Positions 38,801-48,950 of a DNA stretch of 64,000 nucleotides are shown one piece after another. The position numbers were made by a program, and so were the translations under genes. The stretch spans positions 3,226 through 67,225 of the forward strand of contig JAGVVH010000415.1 in NCBI GenBank assembly GCA_019135895.1. Reading direction: 5' to 3'. Position 1 is the first letter of the stretch, and every line of letters begins with the position of its first letter. The stretch comes from Bacteroidota bacterium. GTDB taxonomy: Bacteria; Bacteroidota; Bacteroidia; Bacteroidales; WCHB1-69. Under the pieces are notes generated by a model. It was not told the origin of the DNA. It saw nothing but the letters and a program-made list of their open reading frames with translations, and did no database searches.

Positions 38801-39845
38801 ATTGCTTGATAATATCATTAAAAATTTCATCTTCTTCAAAAAGAAATTTAACTTCTATAGGGATAGTAAAAACCGGCATAGAATTAATTTCATCTAGTAA
38901 GGCTTTACTCCTAAATCGCATCATATCTTTTTCTGTCGTAAAAACAACAGTGTTTGATTTTAGTTCATCCGAAATCCTTTTTTTGATAATAATCATATCT
39001 TTTTTAGTAAAGAAATGATGGTCTTGAAATTTTAAATGCAATACTTTTTTGTATTGCTTTGAAAGTCTTTCATATAATGGTTTTGGGTGAGCTATTCCGG
39101 TAACTAATAGAATAGTCGTTTCGGCATTAAGAGCAATTTGTTTAGCGGGTAAAGTTTGAGGCTCCGGATTACCATATACATAGGTTGTAAAAAACAATCT
39201 TTGTCTTGGGAAAAGTGCTATTTTTTCACAAAAAACATCCTTTTCTAATCGGGTAATACAATCAGGGGTTTTAGAAACTATAATGATGTCAGCAATATTT
39301 GCCGTGTTACGAAATTCTCTTAAATTCCCTGCCGGAATAGGATAATCATTAAAAAAGGGTTTTTCATATTCTGTCAGTAATATCTTTAGCCCTGCATTGA
39401 CTTGAATATGTTGATAGGCATCATCCAATAAAATTAATTGCAAAGATGGGAATTTGTTAGTGAGATTGATAATTCCTATTTTCCTTTTTTCTGCAACTGC
39501 TACTTTTGTATTAGGATATTTGACATAATATTGCATGGGTTCATCTCCGATTAGTAAAGCATCCGTATTGCTTATCTCAGTATCATTTAAAAGAATATAT
39601 CCTTTAGAAATACGTCCGTAACCTCTGCTCAAAGTTGCAATTTCCCATTCTGGAAACAATAATCTTATTAAATATTCTGTATGGGGTGTCTTTCCGGCTC
39701 CTCCCAAACATAAGTTTCCAATAGCAATTGAGGGGAGTTTGGGATCAAACGGTTTTACAATTTTGTGATGGTATAAAAAACGTCTTATCCAAAGAAAAAA
39801 TCCATAAATCAAAGAAAAAGGGAGAAGTATTAACCTGATTTTCAT
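38772..39845 (-). CDS. lpxK: tetraacyldisaccharide 4'-kinase
   Basis: P-loop IAIGNLCLGGAGKTPHTEYL, SRGYGR, LLDDAYQH. Confidence 0.9.
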   Translation of the reverse strand: MKIRLILLPFSLIYGFFLWIRRFLYHHKIVKPFDPKLPSIAIGNLCLGGAGKTPHTEYLIRLLFPEWEIATLSRGYGRISKGYILLNDTEISNTDALLIGDEPMQYYVKYPNTKVAVAEKRKIGIINLTNKFPSLQLILLDDAYQHIQVNAGLKILLTEYEKPFFNDYPIPAGNLREFRNTANIADIIIVSKTPDCITRLEKDVFCEKIALFPRQRLFFTTYVYGNPEPQTLPAKQIALNAETTILLVTGIAHPKPLYERLSKQYKKVLHLKFQDHHFFTKKDMIIIKKRISDELKSNTVVFTTEKDMMRFRSKALLDEINSMPVFTIPIEVKFLFEEDEIFNDIIKQYVRSNSIVN

Positions 39846-40816
39846 GTCGGAGAGTTTTGGAATTTATCATTTTCCCACTTTTCATATTTTTCAATGATTT
39901 TTGTAACAAGGTGATGTCTAACAACATCAGAGTTGTCTAAATAGACAAAATCGATACCTTTAACATTATTCAATATTTTGGTAGCCTGAATGAGTCCGGA
40001 GTTTTGATTACGAGGAAGATCAATCTGAGTAATATCACCGGTGATAAAGAATTTGGCATTTTTCCCCATTCTGGTGAGGAACATTTTGATTTGGCTTTCA
40101 GTTGCATTTTGTGCTTCATCCAAAATGACGTATGCATTATCCAAAGTTCGACCTCTCATAAAAGCGAGAGGTGCAATTTCAATGGTTTTATCCTCCATAT
40201 AGGAAAGAAGTTTTTGCATAGGCATCATATCCCAAAGTGCATCATAAAGTGGCTGGAGATAAGGATCTAACTTATCTCTTAAATCCCCGGGAAGAAATCC
40301 GAGATTTTCACCGGCTTCCACTGCCGGTCTTGTTAAGATAATTCTTCTGATCTGTTTATTTTTCAGGGCTCTGACTGCTAATGCAACAGCTGTATAGGTT
40401 TTTCCGGTCCCAGCCGGACCGATGGCAAATACCATGTCATGTGATGCAGTACTTTCAACAATTTTTCTTTGGTTTGGTGTCAATGCTTTAATTAATCTTC
40501 CATCTTTCCCATGTAAGATAATGTCATCCTGAATACCATTGTGGTCTAATCTATAAAATGAATCGTCTTCCGATGAAATAATATTGAGAATGTCATTTTC
40601 ATTAATTTTTCCAAAACGTTCGTAGTGTAAAACCAAAAGTTGAAATCTGTCTATAAAAAGTTCTACTTCCGAATTTTCTCCCAAAACTTTAACTTCATTG
40701 CCTCTGGCATTTATCTTTAGTTTTGGGAAAAGATTTCTTAGGAGGTCAATGTTTTTGTTGTTTGTCCCATATATTCCTACTGCAATATTATTTTCTAATG
40801 TGATACTTGTTTCCAT
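39842..40816 (-). CDS. phoH: PhoH family ATPase
   Basis: FAIGPAGTGKTYTAVALAV, ILTRPAVEAGENLGFLPGD, VILDEAQN, ITGDITQIDLP. Confidence 0.92.
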   Translation of the reverse strand: METSITLENNIAVGIYGTNNKNIDLLRNLFPKLKINARGNEVKVLGENSEVELFIDRFQLLVLHYERFGKINENDILNIISSEDDSFYRLDHNGIQDDIILHGKDGRLIKALTPNQRKIVESTASHDMVFAIGPAGTGKTYTAVALAVRALKNKQIRRIILTRPAVEAGENLGFLPGDLRDKLDPYLQPLYDALWDMMPMQKLLSYMEDKTIEIAPLAFMRGRTLDNAYVILDEAQNATESQIKMFLTRMGKNAKFFITGDITQIDLPRNQNSGLIQATKILNNVKGIDFVYLDNSDVVRHHLVTKIIEKYEKWENDKFQNSPT

Positions 40817-40831
40817 TATTTAATCTACTTT

Positions 40832-41749
40832 TTAATTAACTACTATGTAATCGCTTGGATTAACCGGAAACCCGTTGTACCAAAGTTCAAAATGAAGAAA
40901 AACTTCTTTTGACCTATTTCCACTATTTCCCATTCTGGCAATAGGTTCACCCGCCAACACTTTATAGCCTTCTTTTTTGAGCAAAATTTCTGTATGTTTA
41001 TAAACAGAAATTAGATTTCCACTATGTTGAATTATAATAGTATTTCCATCTTTTGGATCATAGCCTGAATATATGACAATCCCATCTGCAACACTTGTTA
41101 TCAATGTATTGCGAATATTCTTAATATCAATTCCATAATGATTTTCGGCAGGATTGTATTCGGCAAGAATAACTCCAATCGTAGGGGGTAATAATAGGAG
41201 TGTATTTATATTAGCTCTTTTGCTTAAAGGAGTTGAAGCAGTTGCACTATTTTTGAGACTTTTCTTTTCTTTCATAATCAAATCAGCTTCTTCAAGTATT
41301 GCAGCATTGGCTTCAGCAATTTTTTTTCTTTCACTTTCTGAAATTTCTTTTTGAGAATAGCTCTTTTCTTGAGTATTCTCCATATCTTCAGTAGTAGTTA
41401 TTTTATCATTGATTATTCTGTAAAAATTGTCAATATACTGTTGATTTTGATTTAGCATTAATTCTACAGAATCAATACTAATTGCCATTTTCTTAATATT
41501 TCTGTAGTCTTCAGGGTTTGTATATCCCGGAACATAAACACGTAGGGGAGTAAAGGCAATTAGAAGAGCAGTAAGAATAATTAGCAGAACAGAAGAGGTG
41601 GTGACCACTACAAAAACATTTCTTGGACTTAACAGAAATGATATCTTATCTGCATGAGAATCATCATTTCTAATAATCAGGCGATATTTAGTTTTCCAGT
41701 TGATTCTGAGCCGGCTCCAATAATATTTTATTTTTTTAAATTTTATCAT
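40832..41749 (-). CDS. M23 family peptidase-like protein with a degenerate HxH motif
   Basis: TM anchor. HYGID (HxxxD) is present, but the terminal motif reads VFLHFEL (F-L-H) where the neighbouring paralogue has PHLHYE. Confidence 0.75.
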   Translation of the reverse strand: MIKFKKIKYYWSRLRINWKTKYRLIIRNDDSHADKISFLLSPRNVFVVVTTSSVLLIILTALLIAFTPLRVYVPGYTNPEDYRNIKKMAISIDSVELMLNQNQQYIDNFYRIINDKITTTEDMENTQEKSYSQKEISESERKKIAEANAAILEEADLIMKEKKSLKNSATASTPLSKRANINTLLLLPPTIGVILAEYNPAENHYGIDIKNIRNTLITSVADGIVIYSGYDPKDGNTIIIQHSGNLISVYKHTEILLKKEGYKVLAGEPIARMGNSGNRSKEVFLHFELWYNGFPVNPSDYIVVN

Positions 41750-41766
41750 ATCATTTCAGGTAATTA

Positions 41767-42732
41767 TTACGATAAAGCCTGATTTACTTCTTTAGATGAT
41801 TTGAGAATTGCATCGTATTCTGCCGGTGTGATATCATTGAAGAAATAGTGAACCGGATTTACATAAGAACCATTTTTTATGATTTCATAATGAAGATGAG
41901 GACCCAATGAAAGACCTGTATTGCCAACATATCCGATAATTTGTCCTCGTTTTACTTTTTGTCCGGCTTTTACAGCTTTTTTTGACAAGTGTGCATATAC
42001 TGATTTATAGGAATATCCGTGATTAATTATTACCACAATACCATAACCTGAGCCACCCGTTTCTCCGGAAATATAGCCATCCGCAGTTGCATATACCGGA
42101 GTTCCCCTGGGAGCAGTTATATCAATACCTGTGTGAGGTCTTAATGTTTTCAGAATAGGATGATATCGTCTTCCAAATCCTGAAGAAATAGAGTACATAT
42201 TTTTTAGGGGTCTGATTGCAGGAATTGATGCAAGCATTTCAGCTTTTTTTGTTGCCAGTAAAGAAATAGTATCATAAGAACGTGATTGTGAAGCCATCTG
42301 AACAGTAAGCTTGTCCATTTTTACTTTTAGTTCATTTAGCAACTCATAGGCTTCATCGTGTGAAAGACGGTCATATTTTGTGCTTCCCAACATCGTGGGA
42401 TTCCTTTGTTCTAACGGAAGTGGATCGGTTTCAAAAATTGATCGGTAAACATTGTCATCTCTTTCTTGTAGATCATTCATTACAAATTCAAAAACATCCA
42501 TTTTTTTATTGATTTTTTTTAGCTCAGCCTTGAGTTCATTATTCTCTCTTTGAAGCATTTTTTCTTTTGGAGAATCAATGAGATAAAATGAAATCCATAA
42601 AACAATTACAGAAAAGGAGAGAGCGGTTGCAAAAAACCATAATAACCTCTTAATAATATCTTTCAGAGTGAGTTTTTCTTTTTCAAAAGATAGTGTATTT
42701 GGGTTAAAATAATAAAATGTTTTTTTGGACAT
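41767..42732 (-). CDS. M23 family metallopeptidase (canonical motifs) with coiled-coil N-region
   Basis: TM anchor, coiled coil ENNELKAELKKINKKMD, HTGIDI (HxxxD), GNTGLSLGPHLHYEI (HxH). Confidence 0.85.
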   Translation of the reverse strand: MSKKTFYYFNPNTLSFEKEKLTLKDIIKRLLWFFATALSFSVIVLWISFYLIDSPKEKMLQRENNELKAELKKINKKMDVFEFVMNDLQERDDNVYRSIFETDPLPLEQRNPTMLGSTKYDRLSHDEAYELLNELKVKMDKLTVQMASQSRSYDTISLLATKKAEMLASIPAIRPLKNMYSISSGFGRRYHPILKTLRPHTGIDITAPRGTPVYATADGYISGETGGSGYGIVVIINHGYSYKSVYAHLSKKAVKAGQKVKRGQIIGYVGNTGLSLGPHLHYEIIKNGSYVNPVHYFFNDITPAEYDAILKSSKEVNQALS

Positions 42733-42736
42733 GATG

Positions 42737-43939
42737 TTATTTTTTACACGAGATACAGATGATGTTTCCTACGCTAAATTCACTCATTTGATAATTATTT
42801 CTTGCAAAAATCAACTTTAATGGAACAGCATATTTTTGAGCAATGTATTTCATGGTTTCCCCTTTCTCAATAGTATGAAAAGAAACTTCTGATTTTTTGT
42901 TTTTGTACTGCAAATAAACAACTTCCCCTGGAATAGGTTCATAATTATCGTCAAAAATATCATTAAAAAGTCTAAGATTGGACTCTGTTATCTGAACATC
43001 TTTCCCTATTTTTGCATAGGTATCCCCTTTTTGTGCAATAATAAATTTAATTTTATTATTTACATATACAGTTCTTGAAGTGTAAGGATAATATACAGGC
43101 TGATATTCCATCTCTTTTGCAGTAAATACTTTTGCAATAACTGGTTGCTCCTCAGTTTTCACAATTGCTACAGAATCTTTTCCACAAGACTCCTGGGGTT
43201 TGACTTTTCTTTCAATAATGACTTCAATTCCTGACTCAATCAAAGTGTCTCTTTTAATAGTGTCATTGTTTGATTTTTCTTTGGGAAGCTCTGCAATCTT
43301 TTTCGTAATATTACTTATTGAAGAATCAGAGATTTTATTTTTTTGAACCGATTCTTTCTCAACAGGAATTTGTTCAGTAATTTCCGGAAGATTGGTTTTT
43401 ATTTCATCTTTTATTTTTGTTGAGAGTTCACTTTCAGGTTTGTCATACAAATAAAGAAAATAGGTTTCAATGATATTAATCAACTGATTGCTGTAGTTAG
43501 GGTTTATTGAGTAACTTGCTTCCTGAAGTCCTTTTGCCCATCCTTTATAATCGTTAATTTCAAGGGTAAATAATTTGTTATATCTGCTTCTTTCGACAAG
43601 AAATTTTGAATGGTCATTATAGGAATCTTCAACAGAAGCATATTTTCTGTAACAGGTGTGGGTTATATCAGCAGGATCATAATAAATATCTCCTGAGTAT
43701 TTTTCATGACAAAGAATTCCAAAGTGGTTGTTGGCAGATTTTGAGAGTGTATTAGTTCCGGCATTAGAAGAATAGATAGCTTGTGCAAGTTTAATACTGG
43801 CAGGAATATGACTGGTTTGCATTAATTTAACTGCCAAATCTTTATATTTATCAATATATTCATAGACAATTTTGTCATTGTATTGGGCAAAGGAAGTTGC
43901 ACTATACAAAAACAGTATTATGATACATAATTTTTTCAT
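42737..43939 (-). CDS. GH73 glucosaminidase-like protein with two LysM repeats, catalytic Glu replaced
   Basis: Collinear with the upstream paralogue, but LAQAIYSSNAG has Ser57 where the paralogue has Glu57. C-terminal LysM-like repeats (GDTYAKIGKDV..., GETMKYIAQKYAV...). Confidence 0.75.
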   Translation of the reverse strand: MKKLCIIILFLYSATSFAQYNDKIVYEYIDKYKDLAVKLMQTSHIPASIKLAQAIYSSNAGTNTLSKSANNHFGILCHEKYSGDIYYDPADITHTCYRKYASVEDSYNDHSKFLVERSRYNKLFTLEINDYKGWAKGLQEASYSINPNYSNQLINIIETYFLYLYDKPESELSTKIKDEIKTNLPEITEQIPVEKESVQKNKISDSSISNITKKIAELPKEKSNNDTIKRDTLIESGIEVIIERKVKPQESCGKDSVAIVKTEEQPVIAKVFTAKEMEYQPVYYPYTSRTVYVNNKIKFIIAQKGDTYAKIGKDVQITESNLRLFNDIFDDNYEPIPGEVVYLQYKNKKSEVSFHTIEKGETMKYIAQKYAVPLKLIFARNNYQMSEFSVGNIICISCKK

Positions 43940-43943
43940 AGTA

Positions 43944-44939
43944 TTAATGTTTCAATTTAATAATATCTCCGGGTTGTATAATCGATTTTTCATCTAAATT
44001 ATTATATTTAAAAAGATAATGCAACTGAATAGCGTATTTCTGAGATATGTATCTTAATGTTTCACCCCTAGAGACAATGTGTTTTTGAACAGGATTGTAT
44101 TTTGCCTTGTTTTCAATGTAAATTACTTCCCCTTCCCGAGGCTGAATTCCGAGTTTTGCATCATTATACTTTCGAATATTTTTTTCTAAATCCTGAACAT
44201 CTTTAGCAATTGAAGCATAAGTGTCGCCAGATTTGGCAATGATAAAGAAATTTTTATTGTTTACATATACTTTTCTCTCTGTAAATGGGAATTCGCCTCT
44301 TGGAAATTCATTGTCTTTAGCACTAAAAAAAAGATAATTCAAGGCTTTAGGTTCAGAGGCTGCCACATCTTTTTCTTTAAGATTAGCACTTTTATCATTA
44401 TAAGTGGTATCAAAGGAGATATATCTTTTTAAAAAGATAGTATCCTGTTTTGAAATGTTATACTTTTCAATCAAATTGATAAGACGCTCAGCATACTGTG
44501 GATTAGTTGCATAACCGGCTGCTTTTAAACCTTTTGCCCACCCTTTATAGTCCATGATGTCAAGTGAGAAAAGTTCGCTGTATCTTGGTCGGCTTGTAAG
44601 GAATAATGCATGGTCAGTATAGGAATCTTCCACTTTTAGATATTTTCGAAAACACTCTCCCAGTGAATCATCATCAATGAGCAAAGTATCACCTATCCAC
44701 TCTTTATGACATTTAATTCCAAAATGATTATTCCCTGAGATGGCTAATTTGCTTTTTCCACAAGCACTTTCAAAAATTCCTTGTGCCAAAGTAATGCTGG
44801 CGGGAATTTTGTATTGGTGCATTTTTTGTATAGCCAGTTCTTTATAATTATCAATGTAAGTGTATATATCTTTTTCATTGTACTGAGAAAATGCAGTTCC
44901 ACAATACATTATAAATAGTAACAAAAAAAATCTTTTCAT
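43944..44939 (-). CDS. GH73 glucosaminidase (mannosyl-glycoprotein endo-beta-N-acetylglucosaminidase family) with two LysM repeats
   Basis: LAQGIFESACGKS (catalytic Glu context), NNHFGIKC, GYATNPQYAERL, and two LysM repeats (GDTYASIAKDV..., GETLRYISQKYAI...). Confidence 0.82.
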   Translation of the reverse strand: MKRFFLLLFIMYCGTAFSQYNEKDIYTYIDNYKELAIQKMHQYKIPASITLAQGIFESACGKSKLAISGNNHFGIKCHKEWIGDTLLIDDDSLGECFRKYLKVEDSYTDHALFLTSRPRYSELFSLDIMDYKGWAKGLKAAGYATNPQYAERLINLIEKYNISKQDTIFLKRYISFDTTYNDKSANLKEKDVAASEPKALNYLFFSAKDNEFPRGEFPFTERKVYVNNKNFFIIAKSGDTYASIAKDVQDLEKNIRKYNDAKLGIQPREGEVIYIENKAKYNPVQKHIVSRGETLRYISQKYAIQLHYLFKYNNLDEKSIIQPGDIIKLKH

Positions 44940-44954
44940 AATGATTTATCGTCG

Positions 44955-45938
44955 TTAATTGTTATTCAAAGCCTCAAATATTAATTCTGAATAAAAATCA
45001 ACAATATTGATGTTTAGAAATTTTACTTGGCGCGGGATAATACTCATGGCTGTCTGACCCGGAATGGTATTAATTTCCAGAAAAAAAGGAATTCCCTCAG
45101 GAGTCAGGATATAATCAATTCTTACAACTCCTTTACATCCCATTTTTTTAAATACAATTTCTGAATATTCTTTAATTTTATCTTCTGTTGACTTGTCAAT
45201 ATCAGCAGGGGTAACTAATTCCAAATATCCGGGTGTATATTTTGCCTGGTAATCGTAATATTCTTTTTTACTTTTAACTTCCGTAACGGCTAATGGAGTC
45301 ACTATTCCCTTGATGGTGGCTACTCCGCAAGTCATTTCCCTTCCCGGTATGAATTTTTCAATCATTAACTGATTGTCGTATTGAAAAGCCGTATCTATTC
45401 CACTTATTAATTCTTCCATGTTATGTGCCTTCGTTACTCCAACACTAGATCCGGAATTACAGGGTTTAATAAAGCATGGGAATCCGCATCTGTCAATAAT
45501 GTTTTCGAAATTAATAGCTTCATCTTTATAATAATGAATGGATGGAGCAATTGGAATTCCAAAATTGGAAACAGCAATGTTGCAAAAGTATTTATTGAAA
45601 GTTATGGCAGAAGTAAACATATCGCACCCGGTATATGGAATTCCAAGCATTTCAAAATAACCCTGAAATTTACCATTTTCGCCAGGAGTGCCATGAATTG
45701 CAATAAAGACAGCATCAAAGGAGATCTTGTCTGAACCTAATAAAAGAGAAAAATCATTTCTGTCAAGCTGAATTTTTTGTCCGCTATTATCAGTGTAAAA
45801 CCATTCAACACCCTGAACAAGAATCAAATAAGGAGTAAATTTATCTTTATCGAGAACATTATAAATGTTGTCGGCTGTCTTTAATGAGATTTCATATTCG
45901 CCCGAATTTCCACCTGCTAAAATTGCAATATTTTTCAT
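44955..45938 (-). CDS. ddl: D-alanine--D-alanine ligase
   Basis: IAILAGGNSGEYEISL, HGTPGENG, ATP-grasp motifs FIKPCNSGSSVGV and LEINTIPG. Confidence 0.92.
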   Translation of the reverse strand: MKNIAILAGGNSGEYEISLKTADNIYNVLDKDKFTPYLILVQGVEWFYTDNSGQKIQLDRNDFSLLLGSDKISFDAVFIAIHGTPGENGKFQGYFEMLGIPYTGCDMFTSAITFNKYFCNIAVSNFGIPIAPSIHYYKDEAINFENIIDRCGFPCFIKPCNSGSSVGVTKAHNMEELISGIDTAFQYDNQLMIEKFIPGREMTCGVATIKGIVTPLAVTEVKSKKEYYDYQAKYTPGYLELVTPADIDKSTEDKIKEYSEIVFKKMGCKGVVRIDYILTPEGIPFFLEINTIPGQTAMSIIPRQVKFLNINIVDFYSELIFEALNNN

Positions 45939-46059
45939 TTTTTATAATTATAGAGCCTCGCAAAAGTACAAAAAATATATGAAAATTGTGTTTTCTTATA
46001 CCGGATTTGTGAACAACAGTATGTTGAATTGTCGTAAGGAAATGTTACATATTTTTTTG

Positions 46060-46067
46060 TATTTTTG
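46060..46067 (+). promoter_or_regulatory. candidate -7 promoter box (TATTTTTG)
   Basis: TAnnTTTG match 57 nt upstream of ATG 46124. Confidence 0.4.
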
Positions 46068-46123
46068 TGCCCAATTATAATAATTAAGCGGATTTTTTGT
46101 TTATATGTTTTAAGAAATTATTT

Positions 46124-46717
46124 ATGGGAAAGTTTAAAGATTTTTTTAAACACGACAGATTGGGATTTCATCTATTACTTGCTTTCGGAATCACTATATT
46201 CCTGATTGTTGTTGCGTTGATTTTTTTAAGGATTTATACTCGTCACGGACAGGAAGTAGAAATGCCCAATTTTATTGGAAAAGATTCAAAATTATTAATC
46301 CAAAATACCTCTTCTGCTGATTTTATTATGGTAGTTTCAGATTATGTTTATGATAAATCACAGCCGGAAGGAATTGTTTTAAAACAAAATCCTCAAGCAA
46401 AGGAGATGGTTAAAATGGGTAGGAAAGTATATCTTACAGTTGCATCTTCTATACCCCCAAAAGTTAAAATGCCTGAGTTGAAAGACGTTTCTCAACGCCA
46501 GGCGGAGATTATGCTGAAAGCAATAGGACTTGAAATCGGTGATATTATCTATAAAGCAAGCCCTTTTGAAAATGCTGTGCTTGAGCAACTTTATAAAGGC
46601 CGTGCAATTGCTGCAGGAACTGATATCAGTATGGGTGAATCTGTAACGCTTGTTGTGGGAAAAGATATCAATGATTTACCCGAATCAAAAGACTCTTTGA
46701 TGAATATTCAGGAATGA
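46124..46717 (+). CDS. PASTA domain-containing membrane protein
   Basis: ATG 46124 (the ORF track starts at TTG 46097). TM helix LLLAFGITIFLIVVALIFL then two PASTA-like repeats (MPNFIGK..., MPELKDVSQRQAEIMLKAIGL...). Confidence 0.7.
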   Translation: MGKFKDFFKHDRLGFHLLLAFGITIFLIVVALIFLRIYTRHGQEVEMPNFIGKDSKLLIQNTSSADFIMVVSDYVYDKSQPEGIVLKQNPQAKEMVKMGRKVYLTVASSIPPKVKMPELKDVSQRQAEIMLKAIGLEIGDIIYKASPFENAVLEQLYKGRAIAAGTDISMGESVTLVVGKDINDLPESKDSLMNIQE

Positions 46718-46783
46718 TTATTCACCAATTTGAATTAAACAATTAAGATTAAAATAAATGGTTTTTTTGAAAATTGATATTCT

Positions 46784-48934
46784 ATGAAGTGCTATTACTA
46801 TTGTAAGTTATTTTTTGTTTTAATTTTCGTTTTGTGTTTTGCTAATTTTTTGGCAGCACAAGAAGTTCTGACAGATCTTCCCAATAATATTCAGCTTTTA
46901 AAAGAATCAAAAAATGTTCATATTAAATCTTCTATAACTAATGCTGAACCTGTTAAACTACCTTTTGTAGATGATTTTTCTGATTATAATCTATATCCCA
47001 ATCCCCTGTTATGGGAAGATAAACAAGGTTTTGTCAATTCCACTTTTCCTATTAATCCACCCTCAATCGGTGTTGTTACATTAGATGCCCTTGATGAGTT
47101 CGGGAAAATTTATAGCCATGCTTCAGAGTCGCCTTTTGCTGCTGACACTCTTACTTCACATACTATAAGATTGGATTCAGTATTTAATCCGAATCGACCA
47201 GTTGGGATACAAGATTCAGTTTATTTCAGTTTTTATTATCAACCGGGAGGCGGTACTTTTTCTCATCCTTATCTTGAATGGGAAAGAATTGGAAATCGAC
47301 CGGATAATGAAGATAAACTGATTCTTGAGTTCGGGTATGCTACCGGAGATACTATTTTCACCGGTTATTCTTATGCTGAATATATTTTAGGTGAAGGAGA
47401 ATCATACGTGATAGGGGATTCTCTTGAAAATCCCTATATCCCAGGCACTTATTATGTTTTTGAATCAAATGCTTTCCCCGGTCAGACCATATTATTACCT
47501 TTTGATTCCCTTTTCGGTCCTGAAAAAATTTGGAGTGAGGTTTGGTCATCAAACGGTTGTAAGCTGGATGATTGGCTGGATGCAGATTCTTTAAGGTTGA
47601 CTTATTTTAAACAGGTGCTTATCCCAATTACGGATCCTATATATTTTCGAAACAATTTTCAGTTCAGATTTCGAAATTATGCCAGTCTTGAGCCAAACGG
47701 AGTTGCCGGCTGGGCAAGCAATGTTGACCAATGGCACATTGATTATATAATTCTTAATATTAACAGAACCAAAGATGATATTTATCCCAATGATATCGCT
47801 TTTGCCCTGCCTACTACTACTTTTCTCAATAAATATTATTCAATGCCCTGGAATCAATTTCAAGTTTCCGATATGAAAAGTGCTTTTAATAATCAACTTG
47901 CAAATATTTCCAATACAACTAAAAATACAAGCTATTCTTATCATGTTGTAAAAAACGGAAGTCAGATAGTTGGAAATTATGTGAGCAATAATGAAAATGC
48001 CTATTCTTATTACCCAAATGGTTTTCATACCTATCCTATGCACGCCAATCCGTCAATAAACTTTGCAATTTCTTATGATAATCAGGATAGTGCAACTTTC
48101 TTGGTGACTCATATTTTTCAAGTTGTAGGAGGAACCGGTGATGCACGTCATCAAAATGATACCTCTTTTTTTGAACAGAAATTTTATAATTATTATGCGT
48201 ATGATGATGGAACTGCAGAGGCAGGCTATTCTCTTCTTTCCACTATGGCTTCTCCTGAAGCATCATTTGCAGTAAAATTTACATTGGCTTATCCCGATAC
48301 ATTGCGTTGTGTAAGAATGTGGTTTAACAATGTTCTTGAAAATGCTAATTTTGATTATTTTACACTGAAAGTATGGGATGATGATAATGGCTTTCCCGGA
48401 AATGAATTATATTCTTCTGAATCACTGCTTCCTTCTCAAAGTTCTGATTTTCTTGATTTTGTGAGTTATTTTTTGGAAGAACCTTTGTTTGTCTCAGGTA
48501 CTTTTTATGTTGGCTTTTATCAAAATCACGATACTCAACTCAATCTTGGATTTGATCAGAATAGTGATGCTCGAGGAAATTTTTTTTATAAAACTGCTGA
48601 TGAATGGGTTGAATCTTTCTTCAAAGGAGCTCCGATGGTTAGACCGGTATTGGGTAAATATTTTAGCCCGGTATCTGTTCCAAATAACTCTCCGGTGACT
48701 TTTTCGGTTTTCCCTAATCCAACTTCTCAATATGTTACCATTAAACTAAATGATGATAGTTATAATTTTGATAAAGTTATGATATATGATATGTATGGAA
48801 AACTTTTGAAAATCTATACTTCTGGCCAAAATAGCAATGTTATTGATTTATCTTCTTTTGCCCCGGGTGTCTATGTTTTGCATTTAGTTAGTGGAAGTAA
48901 AATATTGGGTATTTCAAAAATTGTCAAACTATAA
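46784..48934 (+). CDS. secreted protein with a T9SS type-A C-terminal sorting domain, function unknown
   Basis: Signal peptide. C-terminal FSVFPNPTSQYVTIKL...VMIYDMYGKLL...LSSFAPGVYVLHL...KIVKL is a classic Por secretion tail. Confidence 0.75.
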   Translation: MKCYYYCKLFFVLIFVLCFANFLAAQEVLTDLPNNIQLLKESKNVHIKSSITNAEPVKLPFVDDFSDYNLYPNPLLWEDKQGFVNSTFPINPPSIGVVTLDALDEFGKIYSHASESPFAADTLTSHTIRLDSVFNPNRPVGIQDSVYFSFYYQPGGGTFSHPYLEWERIGNRPDNEDKLILEFGYATGDTIFTGYSYAEYILGEGESYVIGDSLENPYIPGTYYVFESNAFPGQTILLPFDSLFGPEKIWSEVWSSNGCKLDDWLDADSLRLTYFKQVLIPITDPIYFRNNFQFRFRNYASLEPNGVAGWASNVDQWHIDYIILNINRTKDDIYPNDIAFALPTTTFLNKYYSMPWNQFQVSDMKSAFNNQLANISNTTKNTSYSYHVVKNGSQIVGNYVSNNENAYSYYPNGFHTYPMHANPSINFAISYDNQDSATFLVTHIFQVVGGTGDARHQNDTSFFEQKFYNYYAYDDGTAEAGYSLLSTMASPEASFAVKFTLAYPDTLRCVRMWFNNVLENANFDYFTLKVWDDDNGFPGNELYSSESLLPSQSSDFLDFVSYFLEEPLFVSGTFYVGFYQNHDTQLNLGFDQNSDARGNFFYKTADEWVESFFKGAPMVRPVLGKYFSPVSVPNNSPVTFSVFPNPTSQYVTIKLNDDSYNFDKVMIYDMYGKLLKIYTSGQNSNVIDLSSFAPGVYVLHLVSGSKILGISKIVKL

Positions 48935-48950
48935 TTTCCCCCATTTTTTT

